Under the pieces are notes generated by a model that was not told the DNA's origin, ran no database searches, and saw nothing but the letters and a program-made list of their open reading frames with translations. 64,000 bases of DNA from Escherichia coli (GTDB lineage: Bacteria; Pseudomonadota; Gammaproteobacteria; Enterobacterales; Enterobacteriaceae). Below, piece after piece: positions 49,287 through 60,310 of the stretch. The stretch is taken from NCBI RefSeq assembly GCF_036507355.1, contig NZ_AP027877.1; one strand, written 5' to 3'. Position 1 is the stretch's first letter; every line of letters starts with the position of its first letter. The translations under genes were made by a program, and so were the position numbers.

Positions 49287-50234
49287 TTACAGACCGGTTA
49301 ACCAGAAGACCCATGCAAGCGCAGCAAGGCTGAAGCCAAGCCAGGTCACATGGTGAATGAGTAAAAAACGCCCGCGTGCCAGCGTGTTTTCTGCGATAGA
49401 GGCCAGAACAAAAATCAGCAAAACCTTGAGCAGCGTAACGACAAGTGAAGTCAGCAGGCAGGCGAGAGAAAGCTCTTGCGCGCGCCCAAAGGGCAGAAAC
49501 AGGGCCACAAACAGTGCTGCCATCACGACCTGTTTCAGCCCCAGCCCCCATTTCGCCAGCGCCAGCCCGGCACCGGAATATTCGGTCAGCGGGCCTTCCT
49601 GTAATTCCTGTTCTGCTTCAGCAACATCAAAGGGAATTTTTCCCATCTCTATGAAGCAGGCAAAACCACAGGCCAGTAACGCCAGTACGGTGGTTAGCGG
49701 CGAGTTCCAGCCCATCGCCAGCGTATTGCTGATCATCTCGATATGCGTGGAATCCGCTATCAGCGCCAATACCAGCAGTGAGAGAATGAGCATGGGTTCG
49801 ACCAGAATGCCGAGCGTCAACTCGCGACTGGCACCGACTCCCGCAAACGGACTTCCGGTATCCAGCCCGGAAAGAGCAAAGAAAAAACGAAACAGGGCAA
49901 GAAGATAGATAAGGGTGATCAGATCGCCGCCGCCCGCAAAAGGGGAAACGGTAATAAATAGTGGTAGGGCCATCGCCAGCACCAGCATGCTGCTGATTAA
50001 TACCCACGGCATCAGGCGGAACATCAGACCTGAAGATGTCGGCGCAACTTCCTGGCGTTTAAACAGTTTGTGGATATCGCGATAATCCTGCCAGATCCCC
50101 GGTCCGCGGCGGGAGTGCATACGCGCGCGTATCTGCCGGGAAATACCCGTAAAAAGTGGGGTTAGCATCAGCAGAATCACGGCCTGTGCTAACGCAAAAA
50201 TGACCAGATATCCGTCGCAAAGAGTTTGTCTCAT
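49287..50234 (-). CDS. hyfC: hydrogenase-4 membrane subunit C (NuoH-like)
   Basis: 315 aa from MRQTLCDGYLVIF; ORF-track start 7 codons upstream also possible. Confidence 0.85.
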   Translation of the reverse strand: MRQTLCDGYLVIFALAQAVILLMLTPLFTGISRQIRARMHSRRGPGIWQDYRDIHKLFKRQEVAPTSSGLMFRLMPWVLISSMLVLAMALPLFITVSPFAGGGDLITLIYLLALFRFFFALSGLDTGSPFAGVGASRELTLGILVEPMLILSLLVLALIADSTHIEMISNTLAMGWNSPLTTVLALLACGFACFIEMGKIPFDVAEAEQELQEGPLTEYSGAGLALAKWGLGLKQVVMAALFVALFLPFGRAQELSLACLLTSLVVTLLKVLLIFVLASIAENTLARGRFLLIHHVTWLGFSLAALAWVFWLTGL

Positions 50235-50244
50235 GGTGATTTCC

Positions 50245-52263
50245 TTAGACGGCAATAGCGATTAGCAGCACAACCAGTGCGGCGACCACATACAGGCAAT
50301 AGAGACGAAAGTCGCCGCTTTGCAGATGCTGTATTTCTTTGGCCAGCCGTTGGGTGGCGCTCACGATGGGGCGGATCACCCGCTCATCCCAGAAGGGTTC
50401 TGTGCTCTGAGCCCTGGCGGTGACGTGCGCAAGACCTTTATTTAGCCTCAGCGTAGGGTCGAGCTGTTGTCGTAGACGAAATAGCGCAGAGAAGACCACA
50501 CGCAGCGGCTGCATCACGCCATTGCCTGACGGGGCCATCGCATTTTCCCAGCCGTAGCCGCATGCCCAGGCATCTCCTGTGCGACGAAACGCTGCGCGGC
50601 GCGAACGACACCACAGCCAGTAAAGGCCAGGCAGCAAAGGCATCGCCAGTAGTAACAGCAACAGTAATGAGGGGGTGACCTGTGTATGAAACGTGCCGGG
50701 TACAAGTGCTATTCCGCTGGCGACAGTGACGGGAGGGGTATTGGTAAACGCATGGGCAATATGCATTATCTTCGGTGCCAGCCAACTGGCACTAAGCGCA
50801 ATTAATACGCAGAGTGCCGCGAGCAGTAGCATGGCGACGATCATCGTATTTGGCACTTCCTGTGCCTCTTCAGCGTGTGTACTGCGCGGCGCACCACAGA
50901 AAGTAATACCGTACATTTTTACGAAGCACATTACTGCCAGCCCACCAGTGACTGCCAGCATTACCATAGCAATAGGACCCGCAAGTTGTAGCGCTACGGC
51001 TTCCACACGACTTAGTGAGAACAGCGACTGCCAGGTGTACCATTCGCTGATAAAACCATTCAGCGGAGGAATGGCTGATATCGCGAGGCAACCAATCAGG
51101 CATGCTGCGGCTGTCCACGGCATCCGTTTCGCCAGTGCCCCCATTTTTTCCATGTCGTGGGTATGCAAACGCGAAATAATCGCGCCCGCGCCGAGAAATA
51201 GCAGCCCTTTGAACAGCGCATGGTTGAGCAGATGAAACAGTGCGCCGAGCAGTCCAACCACGGTGAGCAGCGGGTCGTGCAGTGACAGACCGACCATCGC
51301 CACACCGACTGCCAGCAAAATAATGCCGACGTTTTCGACGGTACTCCAGGCCAGCAGCCGTTTGATATCCTGTTCCGCCAGCGCATATAGCACGCCCAGG
51401 AGCGCGGAGATTGCGCCGATCGCCATCACCAGAATGCCCCACCACAGAGGCAAACCCGTTTGCGCCAGCAGATCCATCGCTACTTTCAGGATGCCGAAAA
51501 TACCGATTTTGACCATTACGCCAGACATCAACGCCGAAGCGTGCGATGGTGCGGCAGGGTGAGCGCGCGGCAACCAGCTGTGCAACGGCATCATCCCGGC
51601 TTTCGCGCCAAAACCGAAAAAGGCCAGCAGGAACACCGCCGACGCCAGCCCCGGAGAAAGTGAAAGCGTGCGGAAACTGGCAAAATCGAGGCTGCCGCTT
51701 TCGCGCCTCATCAGCAAGAAGGCGATCATAATCAGCACCGATCCGGCGTGGGCGATAAAAAAGTAGAGCATGCCAGCGTTGATCGACGTTTTATCCTGCC
51801 TGGCAATGACCAGAAACCAGGAAGACAGTGACATCATTTCAAACAGCACGATGAACCAAAAAGTGTTGTCCATCACCAGCAGGGCAACCATCGATGCGAT
51901 GAAAAGATTCATAAAGAAGCCCATCGCCGCCGCGCCTTTGCCCTCGTATTCGCGCATATAAGTCAATGAATAGAGCGAACAAACTACCACTAGCAAGGAG
52001 ATAACCAGCACCATAAATGCCGAGAGGCTATCCATTCGCAGGGTTAAATCGGCAAAGTCAAAAGGGGTGGCAAAACGGGCGACTAAAGTTACGCCTCCAT
52101 GTAATTGCGTAATTCCGCTGATAATGCCAATCACGCCGCCCACCAGCGATGTGATGCCGGAAAGCTTAATAGCCAGTCTGTCCAGACCGAGTAAAAACAG
52201 CGAAGCCAGACTGGCAAACAGATAGAGGATCAGCGACCAGGTTAATAATTGCAGGGCATCCAT
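50245..52263 (-). CDS. hyfB: hydrogenase-4 membrane subunit B (NuoL-like)
   Basis: 672 aa polytopic membrane protein; start overlaps hyfA stop (TAATG). Confidence 0.9.
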   Translation of the reverse strand: MDALQLLTWSLILYLFASLASLFLLGLDRLAIKLSGITSLVGGVIGIISGITQLHGGVTLVARFATPFDFADLTLRMDSLSAFMVLVISLLVVVCSLYSLTYMREYEGKGAAAMGFFMNLFIASMVALLVMDNTFWFIVLFEMMSLSSWFLVIARQDKTSINAGMLYFFIAHAGSVLIMIAFLLMRRESGSLDFASFRTLSLSPGLASAVFLLAFFGFGAKAGMMPLHSWLPRAHPAAPSHASALMSGVMVKIGIFGILKVAMDLLAQTGLPLWWGILVMAIGAISALLGVLYALAEQDIKRLLAWSTVENVGIILLAVGVAMVGLSLHDPLLTVVGLLGALFHLLNHALFKGLLFLGAGAIISRLHTHDMEKMGALAKRMPWTAAACLIGCLAISAIPPLNGFISEWYTWQSLFSLSRVEAVALQLAGPIAMVMLAVTGGLAVMCFVKMYGITFCGAPRSTHAEEAQEVPNTMIVAMLLLAALCVLIALSASWLAPKIMHIAHAFTNTPPVTVASGIALVPGTFHTQVTPSLLLLLLLAMPLLPGLYWLWCRSRRAAFRRTGDAWACGYGWENAMAPSGNGVMQPLRVVFSALFRLRQQLDPTLRLNKGLAHVTARAQSTEPFWDERVIRPIVSATQRLAKEIQHLQSGDFRLYCLYVVAALVVLLIAIAV

Positions 52264-52880
52264 TAGCGTTGCTCCTGAGTGAGGGAAAGGGGATCCTCCC
52301 CGCCATTGGCAAACCAGCTTGCGGCAAGGCGCTGTTTTTCTTTCATCTGACGTTGCAGGCTATCGTCGGTGATCAGCCGTAACGCCTGATTCGGGCAAGC
52401 GCGAACGCAGGCCGGACCTTCTGGCAAGAAATCACACAGGTCGCATTTCACCGCGACGGTCTGGACACCTGGTTCCCAGCGCAGCAAAGCATGTTGTGTT
52501 GGCGCGTTTTCTTCGCCGTCTTTGAGTGAGCCTTCAGCCTGAAAAACATATTGCGCAGGGGCATTCACCGGACGGCTTCCTGAAGCGCTGATTGCGCCAA
52601 ATGGGCAGACCACGGCGCAAAGCTTGCAGCCAATACAGAGGCTTTCGTTGAGTTGGATCGCATCATCCCTCTGGGAGATGGCATTGACCGGGCAGACCTG
52701 CAGGCAAGGGGCTTCCTCACAGTGATGACACACGACAGGGGCAGTGAGTGTTGACGTCTTCGCCAGGGCCAGGCGCGGGTGTTGCTGTAAACCTTGCGTT
52801 TTATGCACGTCCGAACAGGCAGCGAGACAGGTATTACATCCTGTACACCACAGTGGTTCGGCCACCACAAAGCGGTTCAT
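52263..52880 (-). CDS. hyfA: hydrogenase-4 component A (4x[4Fe-4S] ferredoxin)
   Basis: 205 aa from MNRFVVAEPLWCTGCNTCLAAC; AGGAG RBS 6 nt upstream; multiple CxxCxxCxxxCP clusters. Confidence 0.9.
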   Translation of the reverse strand: MNRFVVAEPLWCTGCNTCLAACSDVHKTQGLQQHPRLALAKTSTLTAPVVCHHCEEAPCLQVCPVNAISQRDDAIQLNESLCIGCKLCAVVCPFGAISASGSRPVNAPAQYVFQAEGSLKDGEENAPTQHALLRWEPGVQTVAVKCDLCDFLPEGPACVRACPNQALRLITDDSLQRQMKEKQRLAASWFANGGEDPLSLTQEQR

Positions 52881-52920
52881 GTCGGCTCCTTGAAAATGAT
52901 ATGAAACATTGCATTTCATA

Positions 52921-52938
52921 TTGCATAAAGGATGCCAG
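52921..52938 (-). promoter_or_regulatory. sigma54 (-24/-12) promoter of the hyf operon
   Basis: Minus strand reads CTGGCATCCTTTATGCAA: TGGCAT-N6-TGCA with GG and GC spaced as in the TGGCAC-N5-TTGCA consensus, about 45 bp upstream of hyfA start; fits HyfR being a sigma54 activator. Confidence 0.7.
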
Positions 52939-53132
52939 TCTGATTAATTTAATATATTCAATAAGTTATGAATTAACTGGATTCTGAACGGTACAAAAAT
53001 GATGGTCATTAACGTTCAGCAAAAAATGGATTCGACACCCGTGTCGCAGGGGAACGCGAGAATGTGATCTTGATCACGAGAAGTGAGGTGTGCTGACCAC
53101 AAGCGCAGCCAGCACGGAATGGAGCAAAGTAA

Positions 53133-53603
53133 TCAGGCGTGTTCTTTCAGCCAGTTCAGCACAACGTCGTGGTGATTGCTGGTTTTGAAATCGTCAAAGA
53201 CATGTTCGATTTTGCCATCAGCGTCAATCAGGAAGCTGATGCGATGAATACCATCGTAGGTTTTGCCCATGAAGGACTTTTCCCCCCAGACGCCGAATTG
53301 CTCGCACACCTGGTGGTCCTCATCAGACAGGAGCGTAAAGTTAAGCAGCTCTTTTTCCGCAAAACGGGAGAGTTTTTCGGGTTTATCGGTGCTGATACCC
53401 AGCACATCAACGCCCGCTTTTTTCAACTCATCCATGTTATCGCGTAAGCCGCAGGCCTGTACGGTACAGCCGGGGGTCATGGCTTTCGGGTAGAAATAAA
53501 CCAGAACACGCTGTCCCTGGAAGTCGGTCAAATTAACTTGTTCTCCGTCTTGATCCGGCAAGCTAAATTTCGGTGCGATATCACCGGCTTTCAGTGGATT
53601 CAT
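53133..53603 (-). CDS. bcp: thiol peroxidase Bcp (peroxiredoxin)
   Basis: 156 aa; peroxidatic Cys motif PKAMTPGCT; start overlaps gcvR stop (TAATG). Confidence 0.95.
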   Translation of the reverse strand: MNPLKAGDIAPKFSLPDQDGEQVNLTDFQGQRVLVYFYPKAMTPGCTVQACGLRDNMDELKKAGVDVLGISTDKPEKLSRFAEKELLNFTLLSDEDHQVCEQFGVWGEKSFMGKTYDGIHRISFLIDADGKIEHVFDDFKTSNHHDVVLNWLKEHA

Positions 53604-54176
53604 TACTTAACTCCATCCTGTTCATCATGTTGGGAATAATTGACGACGTTAATACTGCCTTGTGCATTGAGTTCTGTACATAGGGCTTTGAACGCTTGCT
53701 CAATATTTGCTGCGTCCGCAGATGCGGGGCTGTGGGCAGTAATCTGAATATGCAACTGCGCAGCCCGTTCATTTTCAGCAGGTTGCGTGCGCGACACCAG
53801 CTCCGCAATGTTCATATGATGCGTGTCGAAAAGTGCTGTGAAGCGTTCAATTAAATGCGGGGAGTCTGCCACATCGACCTGAACCCAGACAGATGCTGGC
53901 ATTGGCGGACGCGGACGCGCCGTCGTGCGCTTCATCACGATTAAAAGATCCAGTTCGGCACCTTTCAACGGTAACGTTGATTCAATCAGAGTAATGGCAT
54001 TCCATGAACCGGAAAGCAGCATGATAAACGTGAACTCTTCTCCCAGCATCGCCAGGCGACTGTCTTCAATATTACAGCCGCAACTACTGACATGACGGGT
54101 GATGGTGTTCACAATTCCAGGGCGATCGGCACCCAACGCAGTGATCACCAGATAATGTTGCGATGACAGTGTCAAA
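53603..54176 (-). CDS. gcvR: glycine cleavage system transcriptional repressor GcvR
   Basis: about 190 aa if started at TTG 54176 (LTLSSQHYLVITALGADRPGIVN) with AAGGA RBS; ACT-domain protein; ORF-track start 54241 probably too long. Confidence 0.85.
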
Positions 54177-54320
54177 CTGGTTATTCCTTTAAGGGGTGAG
54201 TTGTTCTTAAGGAAAGCATAAAAAAAACATGCATACAACAATCAGAACGGTTCTGTCTGCTTGCTTTTAATGCCATACCAAACGTACCATTGAGACACTT
54301 GTTTGCACAGAGGATGGCCC

Positions 54321-55199
54321 ATGTTCACGGGAAGTATTGTCGCGATTGTTACTCCGATGGATGAAAAAGGTAATGTCTGTCGGGCTAGCTTGAAAAAACT
54401 GATTGATTATCATGTCGCCAGCGGTACTTCGGCGATCGTTTCTGTTGGCACCACTGGCGAGTCCGCTACCTTAAATCATGACGAACATGCTGATGTGGTG
54501 ATGATGACGCTGGAGCTGGCTGACGGGCGCATTCCGGTGATTGCCGGGACCGGTGCTAACGCTACTGCGGAAGCCATTAGCCTGACGCAGCGCTTCAATG
54601 ACAGTGGTATCGTCGGCTGCCTGACGGTAACCCCTTACTACAATCGTCCGTCGCAAGAAGGTTTGTATCAGCATTTCAAAGCCATCGCTGAGCATACTGA
54701 CCTGCCGCAAATTCTGTATAATGTGCCGTCCCGTACTGGCTGCGATCTGCTCCCGGAAACGGTGGGCCGTCTGGCGAAAGTAAAAAATATTATCGGAATC
54801 AAAGAGGCAACAGGGAACTTAACGCGTGTAAACCAGATCAAAGAGCTGGTTTCAGATGATTTTGTTCTGCTGAGCGGCGATGATGCGAGCGCGCTGGACT
54901 TCATGCAATTAGGCGGTCATGGGGTTATTTCCGTTACGGCTAACGTCGCAGCGCGTGATATGGCCCAGATGTGCAAACTGGCAGCAGAAGGGCATTTTGC
55001 CGAGGCACGCGTTATTAATCAGCGTCTGATGCCATTACACAACAAACTATTTGTCGAACCCAATCCAATCCCGGTGAAATGGGCATGTAAGGAACTGGGT
55101 CTTGTGGCGACCGATACGCTGCGCCTGCCAATGACACCAATCACCGACAGTGGTCGTGAGACGGTCAGAGCGGCGCTTAAGCATGCCGGTTTGCTGTAA
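54321..55199 (+). CDS. dapA: 4-hydroxy-tetrahydrodipicolinate synthase
   Basis: 292 aa from [19 protein letters not shown]. Confidence 0.95.
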   Translation: MFTGSIVAIVTPMDEKGNVCRASLKKLIDYHVASGTSAIVSVGTTGESATLNHDEHADVVMMTLELADGRIPVIAGTGANATAEAISLTQRFNDSGIVGCLTVTPYYNRPSQEGLYQHFKAIAEHTDLPQILYNVPSRTGCDLLPETVGRLAKVKNIIGIKEATGNLTRVNQIKELVSDDFVLLSGDDASALDFMQLGGHGVISVTANVAARDMAQMCKLAAEGHFAEARVINQRLMPLHNKLFVEPNPIPVKWACKELGLVATDTLRLPMTPITDSGRETVRAALKHAGLL

Positions 55200-55215
55200 A
55201 GTTTAGGGAGATTTG

Positions 55216-56250
55216 ATGGCTTACTCTGTTCAAAAGTCGCGCCTGGCAAAGGTTGCGGGTGTTTCGCTTGTTTTATTACTCGCTGCCTGTAGTTCTGACT
55301 CACGCTATAAGCGTCAGGTCAGTGGTGATGAAGCCTACCTGGAAGCGGCACCGCTTGCGGAGCTTCATGCCCCGGCTGGAATGATTTTGCCGGTGACCTC
55401 CGGTGATTATGCAATCCCGGTGACCAACGGTAGTGGTGCTGTCGGTAAGGCGCTGGACATTCGTCCACCAGCCCAGCCGCTGGCACTGGTTTCTGGCGCG
55501 CGTACCCAGTTCACGGGCGATACCGCTTTATTGCTGGTGGAAAATGGTCGTGGCAATACTCTGTGGCCGCAGGTGGTTAGCGTGCTGCAGGCGAAAAACT
55601 ACACCATCACCCAACGTGATGATGCTGGTCAGACACTGACCACCGATTGGGTACAATGGAACCGTCTGGACGAAGACGAGCAGTATCGTGGTCGTTATCA
55701 AATCTCTGTTAAGCCGCAGGGTTATCAGCAGGCGGTTACGGTTAAACTGCTGAACCTGGAACAGGCGGGCAAACCGGTTGCAGACGCGGCTTCCATGCAG
55801 CGTTACAGCACGGAGATGATGAACGTTATTTCCGCTGGTCTGGATAAATCTGCCACTGACGCCGCGAACGCTGCGCAAAATCGTGCCTCCACCACTATGG
55901 ACGTACAAAGTGCAGCTGATGACACCGGTTTACCAATGCTGGTCGTACGCGGGCCGTTCAATGTGGTTTGGCAACGTCTGCCAGCGGCGCTGGAAAAAGT
56001 GGGCATGAAAGTGACCGACAGCACCCGTTCGCAGGGCAACATGGCCGTAACTTATAAGCCGCTGTCTGACAGCGACTGGCAGGAACTGGGCGCGAGCGAT
56101 CCAGGCCTGGCATCTGGTGACTATAAACTGCAGGTTGGCGATTTAGATAACCGCAGCAGCCTACAGTTCATCGATCCGAAAGGTCATACTCTGACTCAGA
56201 GTCAGAACGACGCGCTGGTAGCTGTCTTCCAGGCTGCGTTTAGCAAGTAA
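55216..56250 (+). CDS. bamC: outer membrane protein assembly factor BamC (lipoprotein)
   Basis: 344 aa; lipobox LLAACSS. Confidence 0.95.
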   Translation: MAYSVQKSRLAKVAGVSLVLLLAACSSDSRYKRQVSGDEAYLEAAPLAELHAPAGMILPVTSGDYAIPVTNGSGAVGKALDIRPPAQPLALVSGARTQFTGDTALLLVENGRGNTLWPQVVSVLQAKNYTITQRDDAGQTLTTDWVQWNRLDEDEQYRGRYQISVKPQGYQQAVTVKLLNLEQAGKPVADAASMQRYSTEMMNVISAGLDKSATDAANAAQNRASTTMDVQSAADDTGLPMLVVRGPFNVVWQRLPAALEKVGMKVTDSTRSQGNMAVTYKPLSDSDWQELGASDPGLASGDYKLQVGDLDNRSSLQFIDPKGHTLTQSQNDALVAVFQAAFSK

Positions 56251-56256
56251 AAATAC

Positions 56257-56285
56257 AGGGCTGGAATCATCCGGCCCTTTTTTCT
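56257..56285 (+). terminator. Rho-independent terminator after bamC
   Basis: AGGGCTGG-AATCAT-CCGGCCCT (8-bp stem incl. one G.U) followed by TTTTTTCT. Confidence 0.7.
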
Positions 56286-56293
56286 GATATGAT

Positions 56294-56309
56294 ACGCAAA
56301 CGTGTGCGT
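56294..56309 (+). promoter_or_regulatory. PurR operator (PUR box) of purC
   Basis: ACGCAAACGTGTGCGT, 15/16 match to the PUR-box consensus. Confidence 0.8.
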
Positions 56310-56362
56310 CGGCAGGAAAACGCGATTTTAGCGGTAATTCGCACGAAATTTGTTTGTCGGAC

Positions 56363-56399
<37 letters not shown>

Positions 56400-56462
56400 A
56401 CATCCGGCACACCAGACAGCAAAAGATTTTAAAACGTTAATTCACACCCAGGAGTGATAAAG

Positions 56463-57176
56463 ATGCAAAAGCAAGCTGAGTTGTATCGTGGTAAAGCGAA
56501 AACCGTATACAGCACGGAAAACCCGGACCTGTTGGTGCTCGAATTCCGCAATGATACGTCAGCAGGGGATGGCGCGCGCATTGAGCAGTTTGATCGCAAA
56601 GGTATGGTGAACAACAAGTTCAACTACTTCATTATGAGCAAACTGGCTGAAGCGGGTATCCCGACTCAAATGGAGCGTCTGCTCTCCGATACCGAATGTC
56701 TGGTGAAAAAGCTGGATATGGTACCGGTTGAGTGTGTCGTGCGTAACCGTGCTGCGGGCTCTCTGGTGAAACGTCTTGGAATCGAAGAAGGTATTGAGCT
56801 GAACCCGCCGCTGTTCGATCTGTTTCTGAAAAACGACGCCATGCACGATCCGATGGTCAACGAATCTTACTGCGAAACCTTTGGCTGGGTAAGCAAAGAG
56901 AACCTGGCGCGTATGAAAGAGCTGACCTACAAAGCGAACGACGTGCTGAAAAAACTGTTCGATGATGCTGGTCTGATTCTGGTCGACTTCAAGCTGGAAT
57001 TTGGTCTGTACAAAGGCGAAGTGGTACTGGGTGATGAGTTCTCCCCGGACGGTAGCCGCCTGTGGGACAAAGAAACGCTGGAGAAAATGGACAAAGACCG
57101 TTTCCGCCAGAGCCTCGGTGGCCTGATCGAAGCCTATGAAGCCGTCGCCCGCCGCCTGGGTGTACAGCTGGACTGA
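56463..57176 (+). CDS. purC: phosphoribosylaminoimidazole-succinocarboxamide synthase
   Basis: 237 aa from [22 protein letters not shown]. Confidence 0.95.
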
Positions 57177-57192
57177 TTTTTCTGTTCATCAT

Positions 57193-57217
57193 CTTGCCGT
57201 GCTGCTGGCACGGCAAG
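57193..57217 (+). other. GC-rich hairpin after purC (possible terminator, no T-run)
   Basis: CTTGCCGTGC-TGCTG-GCACGGCAAG perfect 10-bp stem. Confidence 0.4.
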
Positions 57218-57343
57218 ACAACCATTCTCGTAAGATGTGCATTGAACGCTCATTCCTCCGCCATTTCATCCCGCTTTCCTGTGGTAATCTTCCTCTGAAC
57301 CACCTACGATCATTTCTATAATGAATATATTGTTGAGGTATCT

Positions 57344-58207
57344 ATGCGTTGGCAAGGGCGACGTGAAAGTGACAATGTTGAAGACAGGCGCAATAGCTCC
57401 GGTGGTCCGTCAATGGGCGGTCCCGGTTTCCGTCTGCCGAGCGGTAAAGGCGGGCTGATTTTACTGATAGTCGTGCTGGTTGCAGGCTACTATGGCGTTG
57501 ATTTAACCGGGTTGATGACCGGGCAGCCGGTTTCTCAACAGCAATCAACGCGGTCAATTAGCCCAAATGAAGACGAAGCCGCAAAATTCACCTCGGTGAT
57601 TCTGGCAACCACGGAAGACACCTGGGGACAACAGTTCGAGAAGATGGGTAAGACCTATCAGCAACCGAAGCTGGTCATGTACCGTGGAATGACGCGTACC
57701 GGATGCGGGGCGGGCCAGTCCATAATGGGGCCGTTCTATTGCCCGGCGGATGGCACGGTTTATATCGATCTCTCCTTCTATGATGACATGAAAGACAAAC
57801 TTGGCGCGGATGGCGATTTTGCCCAAGGGTACGTTATCGCCCATGAAGTCGGTCATCATGTGCAGAAACTGTTAGGCATCGAGCCGAAAGTTCGTCAACT
57901 GCAACAAAACGCGACGCAGGCGGAAGTGAACCGCTTATCTGTGCGTATGGAACTCCAGGCCGACTGTTTTGCCGGTGTCTGGGGGCATAGTATGCAGCAG
58001 CAAGGCGTTCTGGAAACCGGCGATCTGGAAGAGGCGCTGAACGCTGCGCAGGCCATCGGCGATGACCGTTTACAACAGCAAAGTCAGGGGCGAGTAGTAC
58101 CAGACAGTTTCACTCATGGCACTTCTCAGCAACGCTACAGCTGGTTTAAACGTGGTTTCGACAGCGGCGATCCGGCACAATGCAATACTTTTGGTAAAAG
58201 CATTTAA
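57344..58207 (+). CDS. ypfJ: putative membrane-anchored zinc metallopeptidase YpfJ
   Basis: 287 aa; TM segment; HEVGHH zinc motif. Confidence 0.85.
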
Positions 58208-58221
58208 CTTCCGGGGCAGGG

Positions 58222-60237
58222 ATGGCTGAACTGACTGCGCTTCACACATTAACAGCGCAAATGAAACGTGAAGGGATCCGCCGCTTGCTGGTGTTGAGCG
58301 GGGAAGAGGGTTGGTGTTTTGATCATGCGCTTAAGTTACGTGATGCCTTATCTGGCGACTGGCTGTGGATTTCGCCGCAGCCAGATGCTGAAAACCACTG
58401 TTCTCCCTCGGCACTACAAACTTTACTTGGGCGCGAGTTCCGGCATGCGGTATTCGACGCCCGCCACGGCTTTGATGCCGCTGCCTTTGCCGCACTTAGC
58501 GGAACGTTGAAAGCGGGAAGCTGGCTGGTTTTGTTACTCCCTGTATGGGAAGAGTGGGAAAACCAACCTGATGCCGACTCGCTGCGCTGGAGTGATTGCC
58601 CTGACCCTATTGCGACGCCGCATTTTGTCCAGCATTTCAAACGCGTACTTACGGCGGATAACGACGCTATCCTCTGGCGGCAAAACCAGCCGTTCTCGTT
58701 GGCGCATTTTACTCCCCGTACTGACTGGCACCCCGCGACCGGCGCACCACAACCAGAACAACAGCAACTCTTACAGCAGCTACTGACCATGCCGTCGGGC
58801 GTGGCAGCGGTAACTGCTGCGCGTGGGCGCGGTAAATCGGCGCTGGCAGGGCAACTCATTTCTCGTATTGCGGGTAGTGCGATTGTCACTGCGCCCGCAA
58901 AAGCGGCAACGGATGTACTGGCACAATTTGCGGGCGAGAAGTTTCGCTTTATTGCGCCGGATGCCTTGTTAGCCAGCGATGAGCAAGCCGACTGGCTGGT
59001 GGTCGATGAAGCCGCAGCCATACCTGCGCCGTTGTTGCATCAACTGGTATCGCGTTTTCCTCGAACGTTGTTAACCACTACGGTGCAGGGCTACGAAGGC
59101 ACCGGACGTGGTTTTTTGCTGAAATTTTGCGCTCGCTTTCCGCATTTACACCGTTTTGAACTGCAACAGCCGATCCGCTGGGCACAGGGATGCCCGCTGG
59201 AAAAAATGGTTAGTAATGCACTGGTTTTTGACGATGAAAACTTCACCCATACACCACAAGGCAATATTGTCATTTCCGCATTTGAACAGACGTTATGGCG
59301 AATCGAGCCAGAAACGCCGTTAAAGGTTTATCAGTTATTGTCTGGTGCGCACTACCGGACTTCGCCGCTGGATTTACGCCGCATGATGGATGCACCAGGG
59401 CAACATTTTTTACAGGCGGCTGGCGAAAACGAGATTGCCGGAGCGCTGTGGCTGGTGGATGAGGGTGGATTATCTCAAGAACTCAGTCAGGCGGTATGGG
59501 CAGGTTTTCGTCGCCCGCGGGGTAATCTGGTGGCCCAGTCGCTGGCGGCGCACGGCAGCAATCCACTGGCGGCGACATTGCGTGGACGGCGGGTCAGCCG
59601 GATAGCAGTTCATCCGGCTCGTCAGCGGGAAGGCACAGGGCGGCAACTTATTGCTGGTGCTTTGCAATATACGCAAGACCTCGACTATCTTTCGGTAAGT
59701 TTTGGTTACACCGGGGAGTTATGGCGTTTCTGGCAACGCTGCGGTTTTGTGCTGGTGCGAATGGGTAATCATCGTGAAGCCAGCAGCGGTTGCTATACGG
59801 CGATGGCGCTGTTACCGATGAGTGATGCGGGTAAACAGCTGGCTGAACGTGAGCATTACCGTTTACGTCGCGATGCGCAAGCTCTCGCGCAGTGGAATGG
59901 CGAAATGCTTCCTGTTGATCCACTAAACGATGGCGCCCTTTCTGACGACGACTGGCTTGAACTGGCCGGTTTTGCTTTTGCTCATCGTCCGCTATTAACG
60001 TCGTTAGGTTGCTTATTGCGTCTGCTACAAACCAGTGAACTGGCATTACCGGCGCTGCGTGGGCGTTTACAGAAAAACGCCAGTGATGCGCAGTTATGTA
60101 CCACACTTAAACTTTCAGGCCGCAAGATGTTACTGGTCCGTCAGCGGGAAGAGGCCGCGCAGGCGCTGTTCGCACTTAATGATGTTCGCACTGAGCGTCT
60201 GCGCGATCGCATAACGCAATGGCAATTTTTTCACTGA
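58222..60237 (+). CDS. tmcA: tRNA(Met) cytidine acetyltransferase TmcA
   Basis: 671 aa; helicase-like Walker A region (AARGRGKSAL) and GNAT-like C-terminal domain. Confidence 0.9.
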   Translation: MAELTALHTLTAQMKREGIRRLLVLSGEEGWCFDHALKLRDALSGDWLWISPQPDAENHCSPSALQTLLGREFRHAVFDARHGFDAAAFAALSGTLKAGSWLVLLLPVWEEWENQPDADSLRWSDCPDPIATPHFVQHFKRVLTADNDAILWRQNQPFSLAHFTPRTDWHPATGAPQPEQQQLLQQLLTMPSGVAAVTAARGRGKSALAGQLISRIAGSAIVTAPAKAATDVLAQFAGEKFRFIAPDALLASDEQADWLVVDEAAAIPAPLLHQLVSRFPRTLLTTTVQGYEGTGRGFLLKFCARFPHLHRFELQQPIRWAQGCPLEKMVSNALVFDDENFTHTPQGNIVISAFEQTLWRIEPETPLKVYQLLSGAHYRTSPLDLRRMMDAPGQHFLQAAGENEIAGALWLVDEGGLSQELSQAVWAGFRRPRGNLVAQSLAAHGSNPLAATLRGRRVSRIAVHPARQREGTGRQLIAGALQYTQDLDYLSVSFGYTGELWRFWQRCGFVLVRMGNHREASSGCYTAMALLPMSDAGKQLAEREHYRLRRDAQALAQWNGEMLPVDPLNDGALSDDDWLELAGFAFAHRPLLTSLGCLLRLLQTSELALPALRGRLQKNASDAQLCTTLKLSGRKMLLVRQREEAAQALFALNDVRTERLRDRITQWQFFH

Positions 60238-60310
60238 CTCCTTCAATTTTCTCCCATGGTCATTGTGAGTCAGCGGCGTAAAATTAATGACATCAGTTAA
60301 GGAGTTCGCC

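Noticed and set aside
40122-52919. Hydrogenase-4 cluster as the undescribed system
   Set aside because: Gene order and motifs match the known hyfABCDEFGHIJR-focB operon; intact but not novel
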